Of a DNA stretch of 64,000 bases, positions 40,788 to 51,665 are shown piece by piece. Location: positions 992,136-1,056,135 of the forward strand of contig JBJBDC010000001.1 in NCBI GenBank assembly GCA_047285535.1, in the 5' to 3' direction. This DNA is from Synechococcus sp. (GTDB lineage Bacteria; Cyanobacteriota; Cyanobacteriia; PCC-6307; Cyanobiaceae). The notes under the pieces were generated by a model. It was not told the DNA's origin and did no database searches. It was given only the letters and a program-made list of their open reading frames with translations. Both the position numbers and the translations under genes were made by a program. Each line of letters starts with the position of its first letter. The first letter of the stretch is position 1.

Positions 40788-40985
40788 ATGTATACGATTG
40801 AGCACTTGTCAGACGAATGCTGGATACCAGAAGTAAGTAGAGAGACGGAATTCAAAGCATTTGTAGATGCTCGAACCAAATGTATGGCTACAGGCAAAAT
40901 CTATCGGGTAGTCGATGAGAAACGCAATGTAAAGTACACCATCACATTAGATACCTGTAAAAAGCAATTATTTTCAAATCAATAG
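40788..40985 (+). CDS. Hypothetical protein
   Basis: MYTIEHL...W...TEFKAFVDARTKCMATGKIYRVVD. Confidence 0.65.
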   Translation: MYTIEHLSDECWIPEVSRETEFKAFVDARTKCMATGKIYRVVDEKRNVKYTITLDTCKKQLFSNQ

Positions 40986-41525
40986 AGTCGACTAAAAAGA
41001 ACTACTGGGCAGTAGCAGGTATAGTCTCCAGCAATTCAGGTGAAAAATAAGCATCAGCAAAATCAATTATAAAATGAAAGACCATAATGTCTAAAATAAT
41101 AGACGCAACAATCGCAAGAAAAGTCATAGTCTTAGCGGGAATCCAAGCAGAATAGTAAAGAGAGTCAATTATAGAGAAGTATTGTGAATAAAGGGACTAG
41201 CAACTATTCACTGATTCATAAGAAGCCTGAGAACTAGCAATCACAGACCCTTGAAGCTGTAATCAGAAGCACTTAGGAGAAAAACACTTGCGCAAGATTG
41301 GTCGCCCGATAAAAACGATAGTAATAATCAGAAAACAATGAAAATCAAAAGCAATGGGTCGAATTCTAGACATACAAACCAGATAACAATCATGTGTTAG
41401 CAGTGAATCCTGTATAAAAAAGAATTCAGACAGGAAAACTTTGGCAACTATCAATTAAAACGCTATAAGTTTAAGGCCCAGCATATAAGTGAAAAGGCTT
41501 ACTAGAAAGGATAAGGATACTTTCT

Positions 41526-41562
41526 CAATAAAAACCACCCACAGGATGGGTGGTTTTTATTG
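41526..41562. terminator. Bidirectional terminator hairpin
   Basis: Perfect 16-bp inverted repeat caataaaaaccaccca-cagga-tgggtggtttttattg. Confidence 0.8.
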
Positions 41563-41655
41563 CCAAGCAATCCCCCTCACCCGGCCCTAGCTATCACATA
41601 ATGGTGTGATAGTTTATGTTAGTTCCTCGACTGGGAAACAAGCCATAATTTTTGA
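41526..41655 (-). ncRNA. Candidate small RNA or micro-ORF transcript
   Basis: TATAGT -10-like element (41659-41664, minus), 8-bp hairpin 41591-41612, then a strong terminator with no upstream minus-strand gene. Confidence 0.4.
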
Positions 41656-41748
41656 TTCACTATAGATTGCGGCACTGTTCAGTAAAGTTATGAGAACAGA
41701 ATTCCATCCAACCTGATCGTTACCTGCTGTGAATGAGGACAAAATGCT

Positions 41749-41955
41749 ATGAACTCAATTTTATCGCTGCTTCAAGACAAAATTTTTCTTTCCAAAAATC
41801 TATTTCGTTCTGAAAAGGAACAGGCGAATTGGCAACGTGCTGACCTAGACCAAAGAGACTTGAATGAAATCAGTGGCCTTTCTAAGCAGAATTTGTGCAA
41901 CATCAAAAGGATCAACCATCGATGCCGTAGGGAATGGCAAGTATCGCGTTTGTAA
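41749..41955 (+). CDS. Hypothetical peptide
   Basis: GAGG RBS, 68-aa ATG ORF. Confidence 0.45.
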   Translation: MNSILSLLQDKIFLSKNLFRSEKEQANWQRADLDQRDLNEISGLSKQNLCNIKRINHRCRREWQVSRL

Positions 41956-42497
41956 CAAAGAATCCAGCTGTTCAGAAGTCGATGGATTGTGGAAAGCCTA
42001 TGAAACGCTAAGAACACAGGAGCAACGAATAGGATAGTCGCAGAGTTTGTTCTTGTTGCTACTGATACATCGGCCACGCAGACCAACGCTCATTGAAACA
42101 AGAATCCAAGACAGCAGACACGAAACAATGCAGTCGCGAGGTAAAAAGAACGATCAAACCGATCGCATTGATCCGCATAAGATCTTTATCTTGTGTGCGA
42201 CATGACATTCCATAGAGGGATATGAGCTATCCAATTCAATCAAAGTTGTTTCAGCTTAGACCGCATGTTAACAAACCAGCAGTGAAATGAACCAAATTGA
42301 AGAGATTCACAAGAGACAAAAGACTAAATAATGACCTCGAAAAAGTGAGAATCAGTTTAAAAATAGTTATCTAAAAAGGGCAAACTTTGAACGCAATCCC
42401 CTCGAAGCAGCGCTTAATGCGCAAAACCTTACAAAACACCACTAGATAAAAATTTGAAAAGAAACCATCTCATCTAACGAAAGATAGCAGAAGCATG

Positions 42498-42899
42498 TCA
42501 ATAGCAAGCATCGCCTTGTTTTAATTTATAGGCAGCTTCAGGATGAGCATTCTTCCAAATAATACAGTTCTTCTCTTCTAAAGATAAATTCGCAAACTCA
42601 TTCCAACTAGAAGAGGGAGTCTCAGGAAGATCTTTTGGGGACGAGTCAATTCGATCTGGAACTGGTTCCGAGATCGGTTTAGTCTTATCACTAGATGGTA
42701 CTAAAACCTCAGCATAAGGAACATCATCAGATTGAATATACTCTTGCTGAGAATCCAATTCAACTTTGCGAGAAGACAAACCATCAATTGCAAGCGTACC
42801 AATAAAAAACCCCATCACAGAAAATGCGATGCCAACAAGCAATTCACGCTTTTTAGTCAATCCCAATACTTTAAGCATCGCCTTCACACCATTTCTCAT
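42498..42899 (-). CDS. Hypothetical single-TM protein
   Basis: TM, Pro/Ser linker, C-terminal CIIWKNAHPEAAYKLKQGDACY. Confidence 0.6.
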   Translation of the reverse strand: MRNGVKAMLKVLGLTKKRELLVGIAFSVMGFFIGTLAIDGLSSRKVELDSQQEYIQSDDVPYAEVLVPSSDKTKPISEPVPDRIDSSPKDLPETPSSSWNEFANLSLEEKNCIIWKNAHPEAAYKLKQGDACY

Positions 42900-43359
42900 T
42901 TTACAATCCCAACATAGATAAAAACGACAAAACCAAAAACAACTCGCAAGCTAACTTAGACAATACGAAAAGTGAGCTCGCTAGCAGCATGGCATCGAGG
43001 ATCAAACGTAAACCATAAAATAAGTTCTCTAATAGAGACAGACTCTTAAGAGCAATTAAAAGTTCAAAAAAATACAATCACCGTAAAGATCAACAAGTCA
43101 ATAATAATCTTATAGCATGAAAAACAATGCCTGAAGAGAATTGATCTGTGATCAAATACTACTGGTAAGAAGTTTGACAAGCAAAGATCATGTTCATTGC
43201 GATCCAAAAGAAAGAATTAATGATATAGCTTCGTACATTCGTGGATACAGAGATAAATTCCTAAGTTTTCATGAACTAACTCAACCATGCGAGATTCTCA
43301 TTGCCTGTTGATATCAACAGGCAATTCATTTAATTCCTTAACGATCTAAAAGCAATGAG

Positions 43360-43599
43360 CTAAGTACGTCGACTAAGAGGTTCAATCCAATCAATCAACA
43401 CCTTACGGTGGTGCAACCATCGACTTGAGATCCGGCATCCAAGATTAACTAGTCCTTCATCCATGAGCCGGCCTATACGAATTGCAGCAGCTTCTTCGGA
43501 TCGCGAAAAAGTCTCCTGATGATGAGTAAGCCAAGCCACCTCCTCCTCGGTAATGATCCCACTAGAAAGGCTTTCAAGAACGATTTCTCCGACTGTCAT
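43360..43599 (-). CDS. Conserved hypothetical protein
   Basis: MTVGEIVLESL..GIIT..EV.W....FSRSEEA.A.R.GRLMDEG. Confidence 0.72.
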   Translation of the reverse strand: MTVGEIVLESLSSGIITEEEVAWLTHHQETFSRSEEAAAIRIGRLMDEGLVNLGCRISSRWLHHRKVLIDWIEPLSRRT

Positions 43600-44553
43600 A
43601 GCGTGTGTAACGAATTTGTTACATAATGACGCTTCTCGCTCTGAATCGCGACCCTCTAAAGCCGTTTAACGAGAATCGAAGCAAACAAAACTCCAGGCAA
43701 ACCCAGCGAGCTCAGCCATTTGAAGACCAATCACCTAAAAAGCCAACCCATGGTGGAGCTGATGGCAAGGAGCACATAAAACAGTCAGGCATCTGGCTGG
43801 AATGCATCTCAAGCAACACATAGTCATCGCAGGAATACTTGCAAAAAGATGGTTGGCATCAAAAAGCTCCATGCCCCTTTTTGAGTCAGTAGAACATTTA
43901 ACTCCTATTAAATAAAACAAATGATCCTCAATACCAGGCAGGCCTCTAAAGAGATACCTACAAAATCCAACAATATACGCCAAATCTCCCGGAAAGGCTT
44001 ACTATCAAAAAGCAACAATTTAAAGGAAGTGGGGTCGAAGGTTGTTCGACAAAATCCATCATTGGTAAAAAAAGGAAACTTAGCAATCACATCCAATAAC
44101 GATTAACTGAAGAGAGGTAATTCACCTGAAAACAATTGGATAGAGATTGAACGATCAAAGGTTCTAGAACAATTAATACTTCCCAATCATCTTGATACCT
44201 TTATGCCCAACGATATAAAGGTACATAGCTAGAAACGATTGCACTCGAGGAGATAGATTGTCCAAATGCATTGAATCGAATGCAAAACAAGGAGCTGCGA
44301 TTCAGCCTTGGATAAGCGTATGCCTAGATAAACTTTAGGCAGATGAAACACTGCATGTAAAGATTCTCTTTACCACAAAATTGCCAATATTAATTTCATA
44401 ACCTTGTGATAGTAAGACAACCTTCATGAGTCCAACGCTAACGCCATAAGAGCTGCTCACGCTGATCAAGCCCAGTAGAGAAGCAGAAAATCGATCAAAG
44501 AGATGCCTAGCTATTCTTCTGTGCGAATAATTGACTCGTTGTCCGAACAAGAG

Positions 44554-44709
44554 TCACAGTTCAAAAACGGCACCCAGCAGGCTGGCGGGGTGTTCAAACT
44601 TCTCAGCAATGCGACGTTCAAGCTGAGCAATCATCACGAGATGAGCCGTGGTTCGAATTGCCGACAGCAGCGCTAAGCCGAGGCAGAGGGGGCAGTGCAT
44701 CAAGGTCAT
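44554..44709 (-). CDS. Small hypothetical protein with CPLC motif
   Basis: MTLMHCPLCLGLALLSA...HPASLLGAVFEL. Confidence 0.6.
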   Translation of the reverse strand: MTLMHCPLCLGLALLSAIRTTAHLVMIAQLERRIAEKFEHPASLLGAVFEL

Positions 44710-44791
44710 GGATAGAGCTTGGAGCCAACTGATGTTACTGGGTCCATTCCTTGCCATTTCTTGACCTAACAGGAAACTAGGAAGCTGAGGA

Positions 44792-44980
44792 TCAGAATCG
44801 ACATCCCACCTCATGGATGAGGTCAATGCTGTTCGGCCAACGCCTGATGTGCTCGTAAAACTCCATGGCCAGGATTCGCGCCTCCCATGCATCCGATGCA
44901 TAGAAGCAAGCTTCCTGTTTGCTCCCATCTGAGAGCTTATAGCGCACCGTGAAATGCTTGTAGTGACTGAAATAAGCCAT
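44792..44980 (-). CDS. Conserved hypothetical protein
   Basis: HFTVRY...EACFYASDAWEAR.LAME...PNSIDLI. Confidence 0.7.
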   Translation of the reverse strand: MAYFSHYKHFTVRYKLSDGSKQEACFYASDAWEARILAMEFYEHIRRWPNSIDLIHEVGCRF

Positions 44981-44983
44981 TGA

Positions 44984-45190
44984 TCAAGCCACCACTGTGT
45001 AATCATTTTGCCCCATTGACGATCCGTCTTGGCTCATCAAGAAAACCATCCCCTCAACTGGGTTGAGCAGTGACGACAACAGTGCATCGTGCGGGCTACA
45101 CGGATCAGCTGACCGGCAAGCTTCCATTGCCGTGGTTTTGGGTTCACGATCTATCCAACCAGAAGAGTCGAGGGTTTGAATTCTGTACAT
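44984..45190 (-). CDS. Hypothetical protein
   Basis: MYRIQTLDSSGW; ends 3 nt before the next gene. Confidence 0.45.
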   Translation of the reverse strand: MYRIQTLDSSGWIDREPKTTAMEACRSADPCSPHDALLSSLLNPVEGMVFLMSQDGSSMGQNDYTVVA

Positions 45191-45394
45191 CGATATCACT
45201 TGGTATGCAACTAACGTATTCAGTCGACCTTCAACTGATGAACAAACCACGAATATTGATCAGAAGTCTTTGGGATCACACAGGATTGATGTGCTGTTAA
45301 AGACAAAAACGCACCATTTTTCAAGCTTTCGTGACATTCAACGAAAACACCAATCAATAGAAGATCAAAACCCATTGCGAAGCGACAACCCACT

Positions 45395-45422
45395 AAAAAG
45401 GCCGTACCCCCCGGTCACGGCC
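45395..45422 (-). terminator. Terminator-like hairpin (minus strand)
   Basis: ggccgt...acggcc stem preceded by A5 on + (U-tract on -). Confidence 0.55.
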
Positions 45423-45928
45423 CGATAAACGCATTCATTGAGCTTGATCTCGCCCTTCCCATGGGGCCCTTTAGTTATGGCCTAGGCCCTGTTCGAGGTA
45501 CATCAGCGTTTGTACTCACTGGCTGCAAGCGAAAAAAGTGGCGATATTTGCCGGGAGGATCAAGACGAAGCAGCCTCATGCCTCTGAGAGACTTGCTGGT
45601 CAGAACAGAACCGCGTTGGCAGGACGAGAGAATAAGCTGCACTGCACTGCACTCAATGCAACCCAGGCAGGACTCGTTTGGCATGCGCTGTGGAGGCCAA
45701 ACGACAAGCATTTTGAAAATGCTCCCAAAAGAAATGAATTGCGTTCAAGGCAGATCTTCAATCTCCTACTTGAGAGTCAAGTGAATCACAACTCAAAACG
45801 GGAACGTAAGCGAACAGAAGACAAAAGTACTAACGGATACCTGAATTGGTTGGTATTGACAAGGCGGCAATAGAGGAGCATGGCTTGACATCAAGCGCAT
45901 TAAGGCTGAATTCTTTAGAAATCAATTC

Positions 45929-47389
45929 ATGAACGATCTCAAATTTTCATCGATCGCAGGCCGAGAGGTCGAACTGCAATCACTTTTACAAAATCGTCCT
46001 CCCGTATGGCTGGGAGACACAAACCTGAAACTCGATGACATCAGCTCAGGTTTCGCATGTGCTCTGCACATGCACCAACCAACAATCCCAGCCGGACACA
46101 ATGAAGAGTTGATCTCCCATCTGCAATACATGTTCGAGCACCAGGGAGAAGGGGATAACCACAATGCTGAACCCTTTGCCCAATGCTACAGACGAATGGC
46201 TGATCTCATTCCGCAACTGATCAACGAAGGCTGCAACCCGCGAATCATGCTCGATTATTCCGGCAATCTTCTCTGGGGAGTGCACCAAATGGGACGAGAA
46301 GATATTACAAGTGCGCTAAGACATCTCGCATGTGATCCCAGCATGCAACGCCATGTTGAATGGCTTGGTACGTTTTGGAGTCATGCGGTCGCACCATCAA
46401 CACCAATTCCAGATCTAAAACTGCAGATCAGCGCTTGGCAGCATCAGTTTGCTGATTTATTTGGCGATGCAGTACTCAAAAGGGTGAAAGGGTTTTCACC
46501 ACCTGAGATGCATCTCCCAAACCACCCCGATACTCTTTATGCGTTCATTCAGGCTCTCAATGAATGCGGATATTGCTGGTTATTAGTACAAGAACACAGT
46601 GTTGAAAATCCAGACGGGACTCCTCTTATCAATGAGCAGCGCTATCTCCCCAACAAACTGGTGGCACGCAATTCAACTGGTGAAACTACGGAAATAACAG
46701 TTTTAATCAAGACCCAAGGATCTGACACCAAACTCGTAGGTCAAATGCAGCCCTACTACGAGTCACTTACACTTGAGAAACAATCACTTAAGGGCAAACA
46801 ACTTCCCTCAGTCGTGACGCAAATAGCCGATGGAGAAAACGGAGGAGTGATGATGAACGAATTCCCGGAAGCTTTTCTCCAAGCGCACCGAAAAATGGTT
46901 AATAACGATATTAGCGGAAGCAATCAGGGCAACACCGTGGCGATCAACGGCAGCGAATACCTTGAGCTGCTTGAACAATCAGGAATCAAGTCCTCAGAAT
47001 TTCCAACAATACAGGCAATACATCAACACAAGCTCTGGCAACAGGTGGGTGACCGACCCAATAGGGAAATGGTCGATAAGGCCATCAATGATCTCAATGC
47101 AAGCGACAGCAGCTTTTCGATGGAGGGCGCCTCTTGGACCAATAATCTGAGTTGGGTAGAGGGCTACGAAAATGTACTAGAACCGATGAAAAATCTCAGC
47201 GCATCCTTTCATCAACGATTCGATCAAGAGGTAGAAAGTAATCCATCTATCACGCGAAGTAGCAGTTATCAAAAAGCATTACTGCATGTTTTACTGCTTG
47301 AGACAAGTTGTTTTCGGTATTGGGGTCAAGGTCAATGGACTGAGTATGCACGCACCATCCATAAACGAGGAAGGGCCTTTCTTCGCTAA
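45929..47389 (+). CDS. Glycoside hydrolase family 57 protein
   Basis: LHMHQP, LDYSGNL, GFSPPEM, DGENGG, ETSCFRYWG. Confidence 0.9.
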   Translation: MNDLKFSSIAGREVELQSLLQNRPPVWLGDTNLKLDDISSGFACALHMHQPTIPAGHNEELISHLQYMFEHQGEGDNHNAEPFAQCYRRMADLIPQLINEGCNPRIMLDYSGNLLWGVHQMGREDITSALRHLACDPSMQRHVEWLGTFWSHAVAPSTPIPDLKLQISAWQHQFADLFGDAVLKRVKGFSPPEMHLPNHPDTLYAFIQALNECGYCWLLVQEHSVENPDGTPLINEQRYLPNKLVARNSTGETTEITVLIKTQGSDTKLVGQMQPYYESLTLEKQSLKGKQLPSVVTQIADGENGGVMMNEFPEAFLQAHRKMVNNDISGSNQGNTVAINGSEYLELLEQSGIKSSEFPTIQAIHQHKLWQQVGDRPNREMVDKAINDLNASDSSFSMEGASWTNNLSWVEGYENVLEPMKNLSASFHQRFDQEVESNPSITRSSSYQKALLHVLLLETSCFRYWGQGQWTEYARTIHKRGRAFLR

Positions 47390-47499
47390 GCAAACCAGCG
47401 GAAACAGCCAATACAGGTCTAAACACAATGGAAATCTAAACACGCTTCATAAGAGCAAAATGGATCAAGAAGGGAGGTTATTGAATAAGGCTTGCCGGA

Positions 47500-47802
47500 T
47501 TAACCGGCAGCACGTGACCGACGACGCACCACTCGACGACCATCGGGCGTCTGTTCAACATCAGGTTCACTATCAGCGCTAGTTGTGACATCTTTGCCTT
47601 CAGGTTCGTTCTCAGGAGGTTCCTGCTCTGCAATCAGTCCCACCACAACAGCAGCCTGAACCTGATCAGACAGATCGCCAACCACCATCAATGCTTTGAG
47701 GGTGAGCTCCAAGCGAGATTCACGGGGTAACCCAGGGCGCAGCTTCTTCACAGAAACCCACAACTCCTGTGCGACCTCTTTGAGTAGCTCCTTGTCTGCC
47801 AT
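47500..47802 (-). CDS. TIGR03894 family protein
   Basis: MADKELLKEVA.ELW.SVKKLRPGL...GRRVVRRRS. Confidence 0.8.
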   Translation of the reverse strand: MADKELLKEVAQELWVSVKKLRPGLPRESRLELTLKALMVVGDLSDQVQAAVVVGLIAEQEPPENEPEGKDVTTSADSEPDVEQTPDGRRVVRRRSRAAG

Positions 47803-47851
47803 CTAAATTAATGTCAATCACATCAACTTACCTCTCGAGCGGCTAGGGGGT

Positions 47852-48229
47852 ATGACAAAGACTCTCGTTTATGACGGTGGCTGTCCCTTTTGCAAAGCAT
47901 TTGCGCTTAGAAGCGAACTGACCGGGGGCCTTCCGGATCTCACAATCAGAGATGGGAGGCAAGATATTGAGCTGCGCCACAATCTCCAGCGAAGAGGATT
48001 CAATTTGAACGAGGGCGCCGTGTTGATTGAGGGAAATCGGATTTGGCATGGAAGCCAAGCTATATCCATGCTCTGCAAAGAATTGCAGCCGAGCGATCCA
48101 CTCTTAAATCTGTTGCAAAAACTGTTTAGAAGCAATGCTCGAGCCAAGTTATTTTACCCGGGGTTGCTCGCAGCACGACAATTGGCGCTAAGACTTCGTG
48201 GTTTACCAGTCGATCCAGATCGAGCATGA
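47852..48229 (+). CDS. DCC (DUF393) thiol-disulfide oxidoreductase family
   Basis: LVYDGGCPFC motif. Confidence 0.88.
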   Translation: MTKTLVYDGGCPFCKAFALRSELTGGLPDLTIRDGRQDIELRHNLQRRGFNLNEGAVLIEGNRIWHGSQAISMLCKELQPSDPLLNLLQKLFRSNARAKLFYPGLLAARQLALRLRGLPVDPDRA

Positions 48230-48712
48230 ATGGATCCACTTCGCTGTTGCTCAAGATCCATTTGATAAGAAAACTCCCGTAACTCTGCTTGCATTTCTAG
48301 AAGCATGACCACAAGGGATCGAGCCAGTTCACTGCTGAAACTGTTCTGCATAATCGATGATTATTTCAGAGCACGTTTTTTCTAAGAGACGTGAGGACCA
48401 TTCGTGGCTTACGTCAGCTAGACGTTACACAGCTCAATGGTTTCAAACTGAAGATGATGTGCCAAGGGGGAAACAGCTCAAGCACCGATTCGACAAGACC
48501 CAGTCTGCAAAAATGTAGCCATTCCATCTGATCAAACTTCTTTGCTAACAACCTTTTGCTTAGCTGAACACAGCATCGCTTGAATTCAATAAGATCAAAT
48601 AAGGGGAATAATAATCAAGCCAGCCATTGTTACCAAGACTTGTCATCTACAAAAAGAGTCAAAATTTATATGAACAGCTTCCCACGTAACCCTTAAAAAA
48701 TACTCATGATTT

Positions 48713-48895
48713 CTAAATCAATAATCCACGAATAGATGGTGATATTGATGGTTTGATCGTTGGAGGCCGCAGAAGTTCCGGAGACTGCTGGGGAATCACT
48801 CGATAGCGTACGCGAACGTGGGTTCTTGATGCACAGTAAGTGAGCATTCCCAAGAGAAGAACTATGAATAGTCCCCTAAAAACACGAGAATTCAC
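48713..48895 (-). CDS. Small hypothetical protein with N-terminal TM
   Basis: GTG ORF, TM then Pro-rich tail. Confidence 0.45.
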   Translation of the reverse strand: MNSRVFRGLFIVLLLGMLTYCASRTHVRVRYRVIPQQSPELLRPPTIKPSISPSIRGLLI

Positions 48896-49273
48896 ACACC
48901 CCTGAGCAGATTCTTCATTCTATGTTAGTACTATTACAACTCAATCAGATGTGTCGCTAAAAAATGAAAATCCATTCAAAACCTACCTTTCAGATATTGA
49001 CTCACAAAAAAGACGACGAGCGTGCCCCCAAAATCAATCACCACTAATAGCTTCATCCCATCCCTCAAAGAGATCAGTCTGATACAGGATCAAAACCAGA
49101 TGAAACAAAATGTCAACACAAAAGAGATTCCGAATTGAATCAAAGGCCACAAAAATAATGACAATACAGAAGAGATGACTACCAACCCATCCCTTTTGAT
49201 ATCAATAATTGACGTTATTCAAATTTAATTTAAATCGATCCAAAGTGAAGTTAATCAAATTGCATTAATAAAA

Positions 49274-50083
49274 TTATTTCCGCGATCCAACAATCACAGA
49301 AGGCATACCTCCATTAGAACCAGGCAAACCCGGAACCACCTGAGTCATGCCATCCCACTTGTCAAGAAACAACTTGTACAGGACGCGATCATCGAGACTT
49401 TTGTTCAAAGTGTCGTAACGAAGAGCCTCTTGCTCAGCGATCTTAACCTCAGTTTGAGCCCTGAGCAGCTGTTGCTCAGCAATTTGCTTCTGCTCAATCG
49501 CTGCTCGGTATTCTTCAGCAATTTCTAGTCCAGTGAGATCAAGACCCAGAACTTTGACATAATCAAATTGATCAAGTTCTTCGGCGACCGTTTCAGCTAC
49601 GAGTGTTGAGATATCGTTCCATTCCGAGGCGATTGTGACGAGTTCATATTGAGAAAAAACTGACTTCAGTGCTTTCAACAAAGACGGCTGAATAATGCGA
49701 GGATAGACGTCACGATCACTGCTCGCAATCGTGCTATAAGCACGTCCAGCTTGATCAGAGCGCAGAGCGTATTTAATAGTCGCTGTAGCCTCAATAACTT
49801 GTAAATCCTTGGTCAGGGTTGCAAAGTTTTCAGGGCGCACTTGAGTGCGAATACTGAATGGCCACACCTGCTGAACGATGGGGATTTTTGCATTTAATCC
49901 AGGCTGACGAGGCGCACCACTCACCTTTCCCAGTGTCGTTACAACAGCAACTTCACCAGCAGGCACGATGAACAAGGCCTGCGCAAGCAATAGCAAAGCA
50001 GCGAGGACCAACCCAAGGATCGCGACCAGACCTCCCTCAGGTCCTCCAGGGGTGACAGATCGCATCTGAGAAGGGGTCTGCAT
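49274..50083 (-). CDS. Prohibitin / SPFH (band 7) protein
   Basis: IVPAGEVAVV, TKDLQ, AAIEQKQIAEQ, KWDG. Confidence 0.92.
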   Translation of the reverse strand: MQTPSQMRSVTPGGPEGGLVAILGLVLAALLLLAQALFIVPAGEVAVVTTLGKVSGAPRQPGLNAKIPIVQQVWPFSIRTQVRPENFATLTKDLQVIEATATIKYALRSDQAGRAYSTIASSDRDVYPRIIQPSLLKALKSVFSQYELVTIASEWNDISTLVAETVAEELDQFDYVKVLGLDLTGLEIAEEYRAAIEQKQIAEQQLLRAQTEVKIAEQEALRYDTLNKSLDDRVLYKLFLDKWDGMTQVVPGLPGSNGGMPSVIVGSRK

Positions 50084-50355
50084 GATGATTGTTGTCCGAG
50101 GGAGAATGAATACACACTCTCTAGCGAACATGAACGTGCTTGAGACGTCAATCGTGCTCAAAATCGCACAGTGAACTTTGTATCGACTGGAGAGCGATGT
50201 CCCAGCAATGCATCGTTTTCTTCCAACGCAAGGTAGAGAGTCTCGGCTCGATCACGAGATTGGCCTCAGACAATGCAGCAGCCTGGGCTGTAGCTCTTGA
50301 TGAATTCGGAGCCCGAACAATCTGCGTCGTGTAAGCCCCTGATGATGAGAGTGTC

Positions 50356-50655
50356 CTATAAGCGACGATTCCCTGAAGCCTTCCACCTATCCCAAAGCTT
50401 ATGCTGCCAGGGTGTTACATCCTTAGGCATGGGTTGCTCAGACTTCTTTTGAACCTGCTCAAGTTGTTCGAGTTCACTGCGCAATTGACGCAAAATCGGA
50501 ATCAGGGCAAGTGCCGCCAACAACCCTGCCATAAGCATTAGCGGTAAAAAGATAGGCAGCAACGCAACTATCAAAACCAACGTCAAGCCAACAACAAATC
50601 CAGAAATGAGTTGTTGCTGCCAGTGGGGGCGAATGCGACCTGGGAGCTGTTTCAT
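50356..50655 (-). CDS. Hypothetical membrane protein
   Basis: Two TMs plus KDVTPW tail. Confidence 0.65.
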   Translation of the reverse strand: MKQLPGRIRPHWQQQLISGFVVGLTLVLIVALLPIFLPLMLMAGLLAALALIPILRQLRSELEQLEQVQKKSEQPMPKDVTPWQHKLWDRWKASGNRRL

Positions 50656-51341
50656 GACATCAGCTTCAGTTTTTGCACACTCTTCCATATCAAGCCTGAA
50701 TGACCAAATGACGACACAATGTCCTGATCACTACGGCATGCAATGAAATAGAAAAAGACACCCTGCCCATGCGCCGCATGGATTGATAAAAAGTCGTGGC
50801 AGAAGCTTGCAAGACTGAAGCCATGAACAATTTTCATGACTGAATCGTAGAACGGTTGCATCTCAAGATCAGCAGCATCCAGTCAAGACAATCCCTAAAG
50901 ACATGCCAATCTTATCCAACTCATCGACAACTTGGGACTCAGTTTCCATCAGCAACCTAACGGCCTTAGGAGAACTAGAAGCAATCGAGACGATATGGGC
51001 TCAAGAAGAAAAACCATGCCAAATCAAAGCTTGATCTTCGAACTCCATCCAACGTGAATAGATATTCAAGCACTCAAAAAATAAATTAGACGCTCGCTTA
51101 AAATCATTCATGCTGCGATTTCATTGAAACGTTGATAAAAGAATTAATAACAAGAAGAAATGCACCAAGGTTAAACCTTACAACATCCCAAGAATGACCT
51201 GTTCTCAATGATTTCGACTCGCTAATTTGACACAAGAGAACCCAGCCAACCCGAATCGGGCAAGAGAGGTAAATCAAACATCTAATTCAAAAATACTTTC
51301 TCAAACTGATATCAACCTCAATTAACAATTCACTTTTGCAA

Positions 51342-51506
51342 TCAGGCTGTAAGCTTCGTTTCATCCTGAGCGGAAGGACCTTTATCAAGTTTACGCTGTG
51401 CTTTAGCAGCTTTTCTCAAGATCTTTTGAGCCTCATCCCGAGTTAGGCACTCTTCCGCCTTAGAAAGAAGTTTATGAAGTTTTCGATGCTGCTTAGCAGG
51501 ATTCAT
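51342..51506 (-). CDS. Small basic hypothetical protein
   Basis: KQHRKL.KL..KAEECLTRDEAQKILRKA. Confidence 0.65.
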   Translation of the reverse strand: MNPAKQHRKLHKLLSKAEECLTRDEAQKILRKAAKAQRKLDKGPSAQDETKLTA

Positions 51507-51665
51507 TTTTGACGTCGCATTGATCCTTTTTAACATTTCACAAGGGGATTATGCAAGTATGGTCAGATTTTGCCTATCTACAACAACCTCAGTAACCATT
51601 TGCCCTGAGAAGAACCACAAGATCAATGGTGGGAAGCATGCTGATGGGGCGAGCAAGCTGATGCC

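Noticed and set aside
43735..43870. Cys/His-rich peptide (MCCLRC...CAPCHQLHH) as a metallothionein
   Set aside because: Does not match the SmtA/BmtA Cys spacing; probably a chance ORF
45497..45516. ggtac...gtact as a LexA box
   Set aside because: Spacer far longer than the cyanobacterial consensus
45461..45873. Overlapping ORFs upstream of the GH57 gene
   Set aside because: Three competing frames with no recognisable motif; none can be supported
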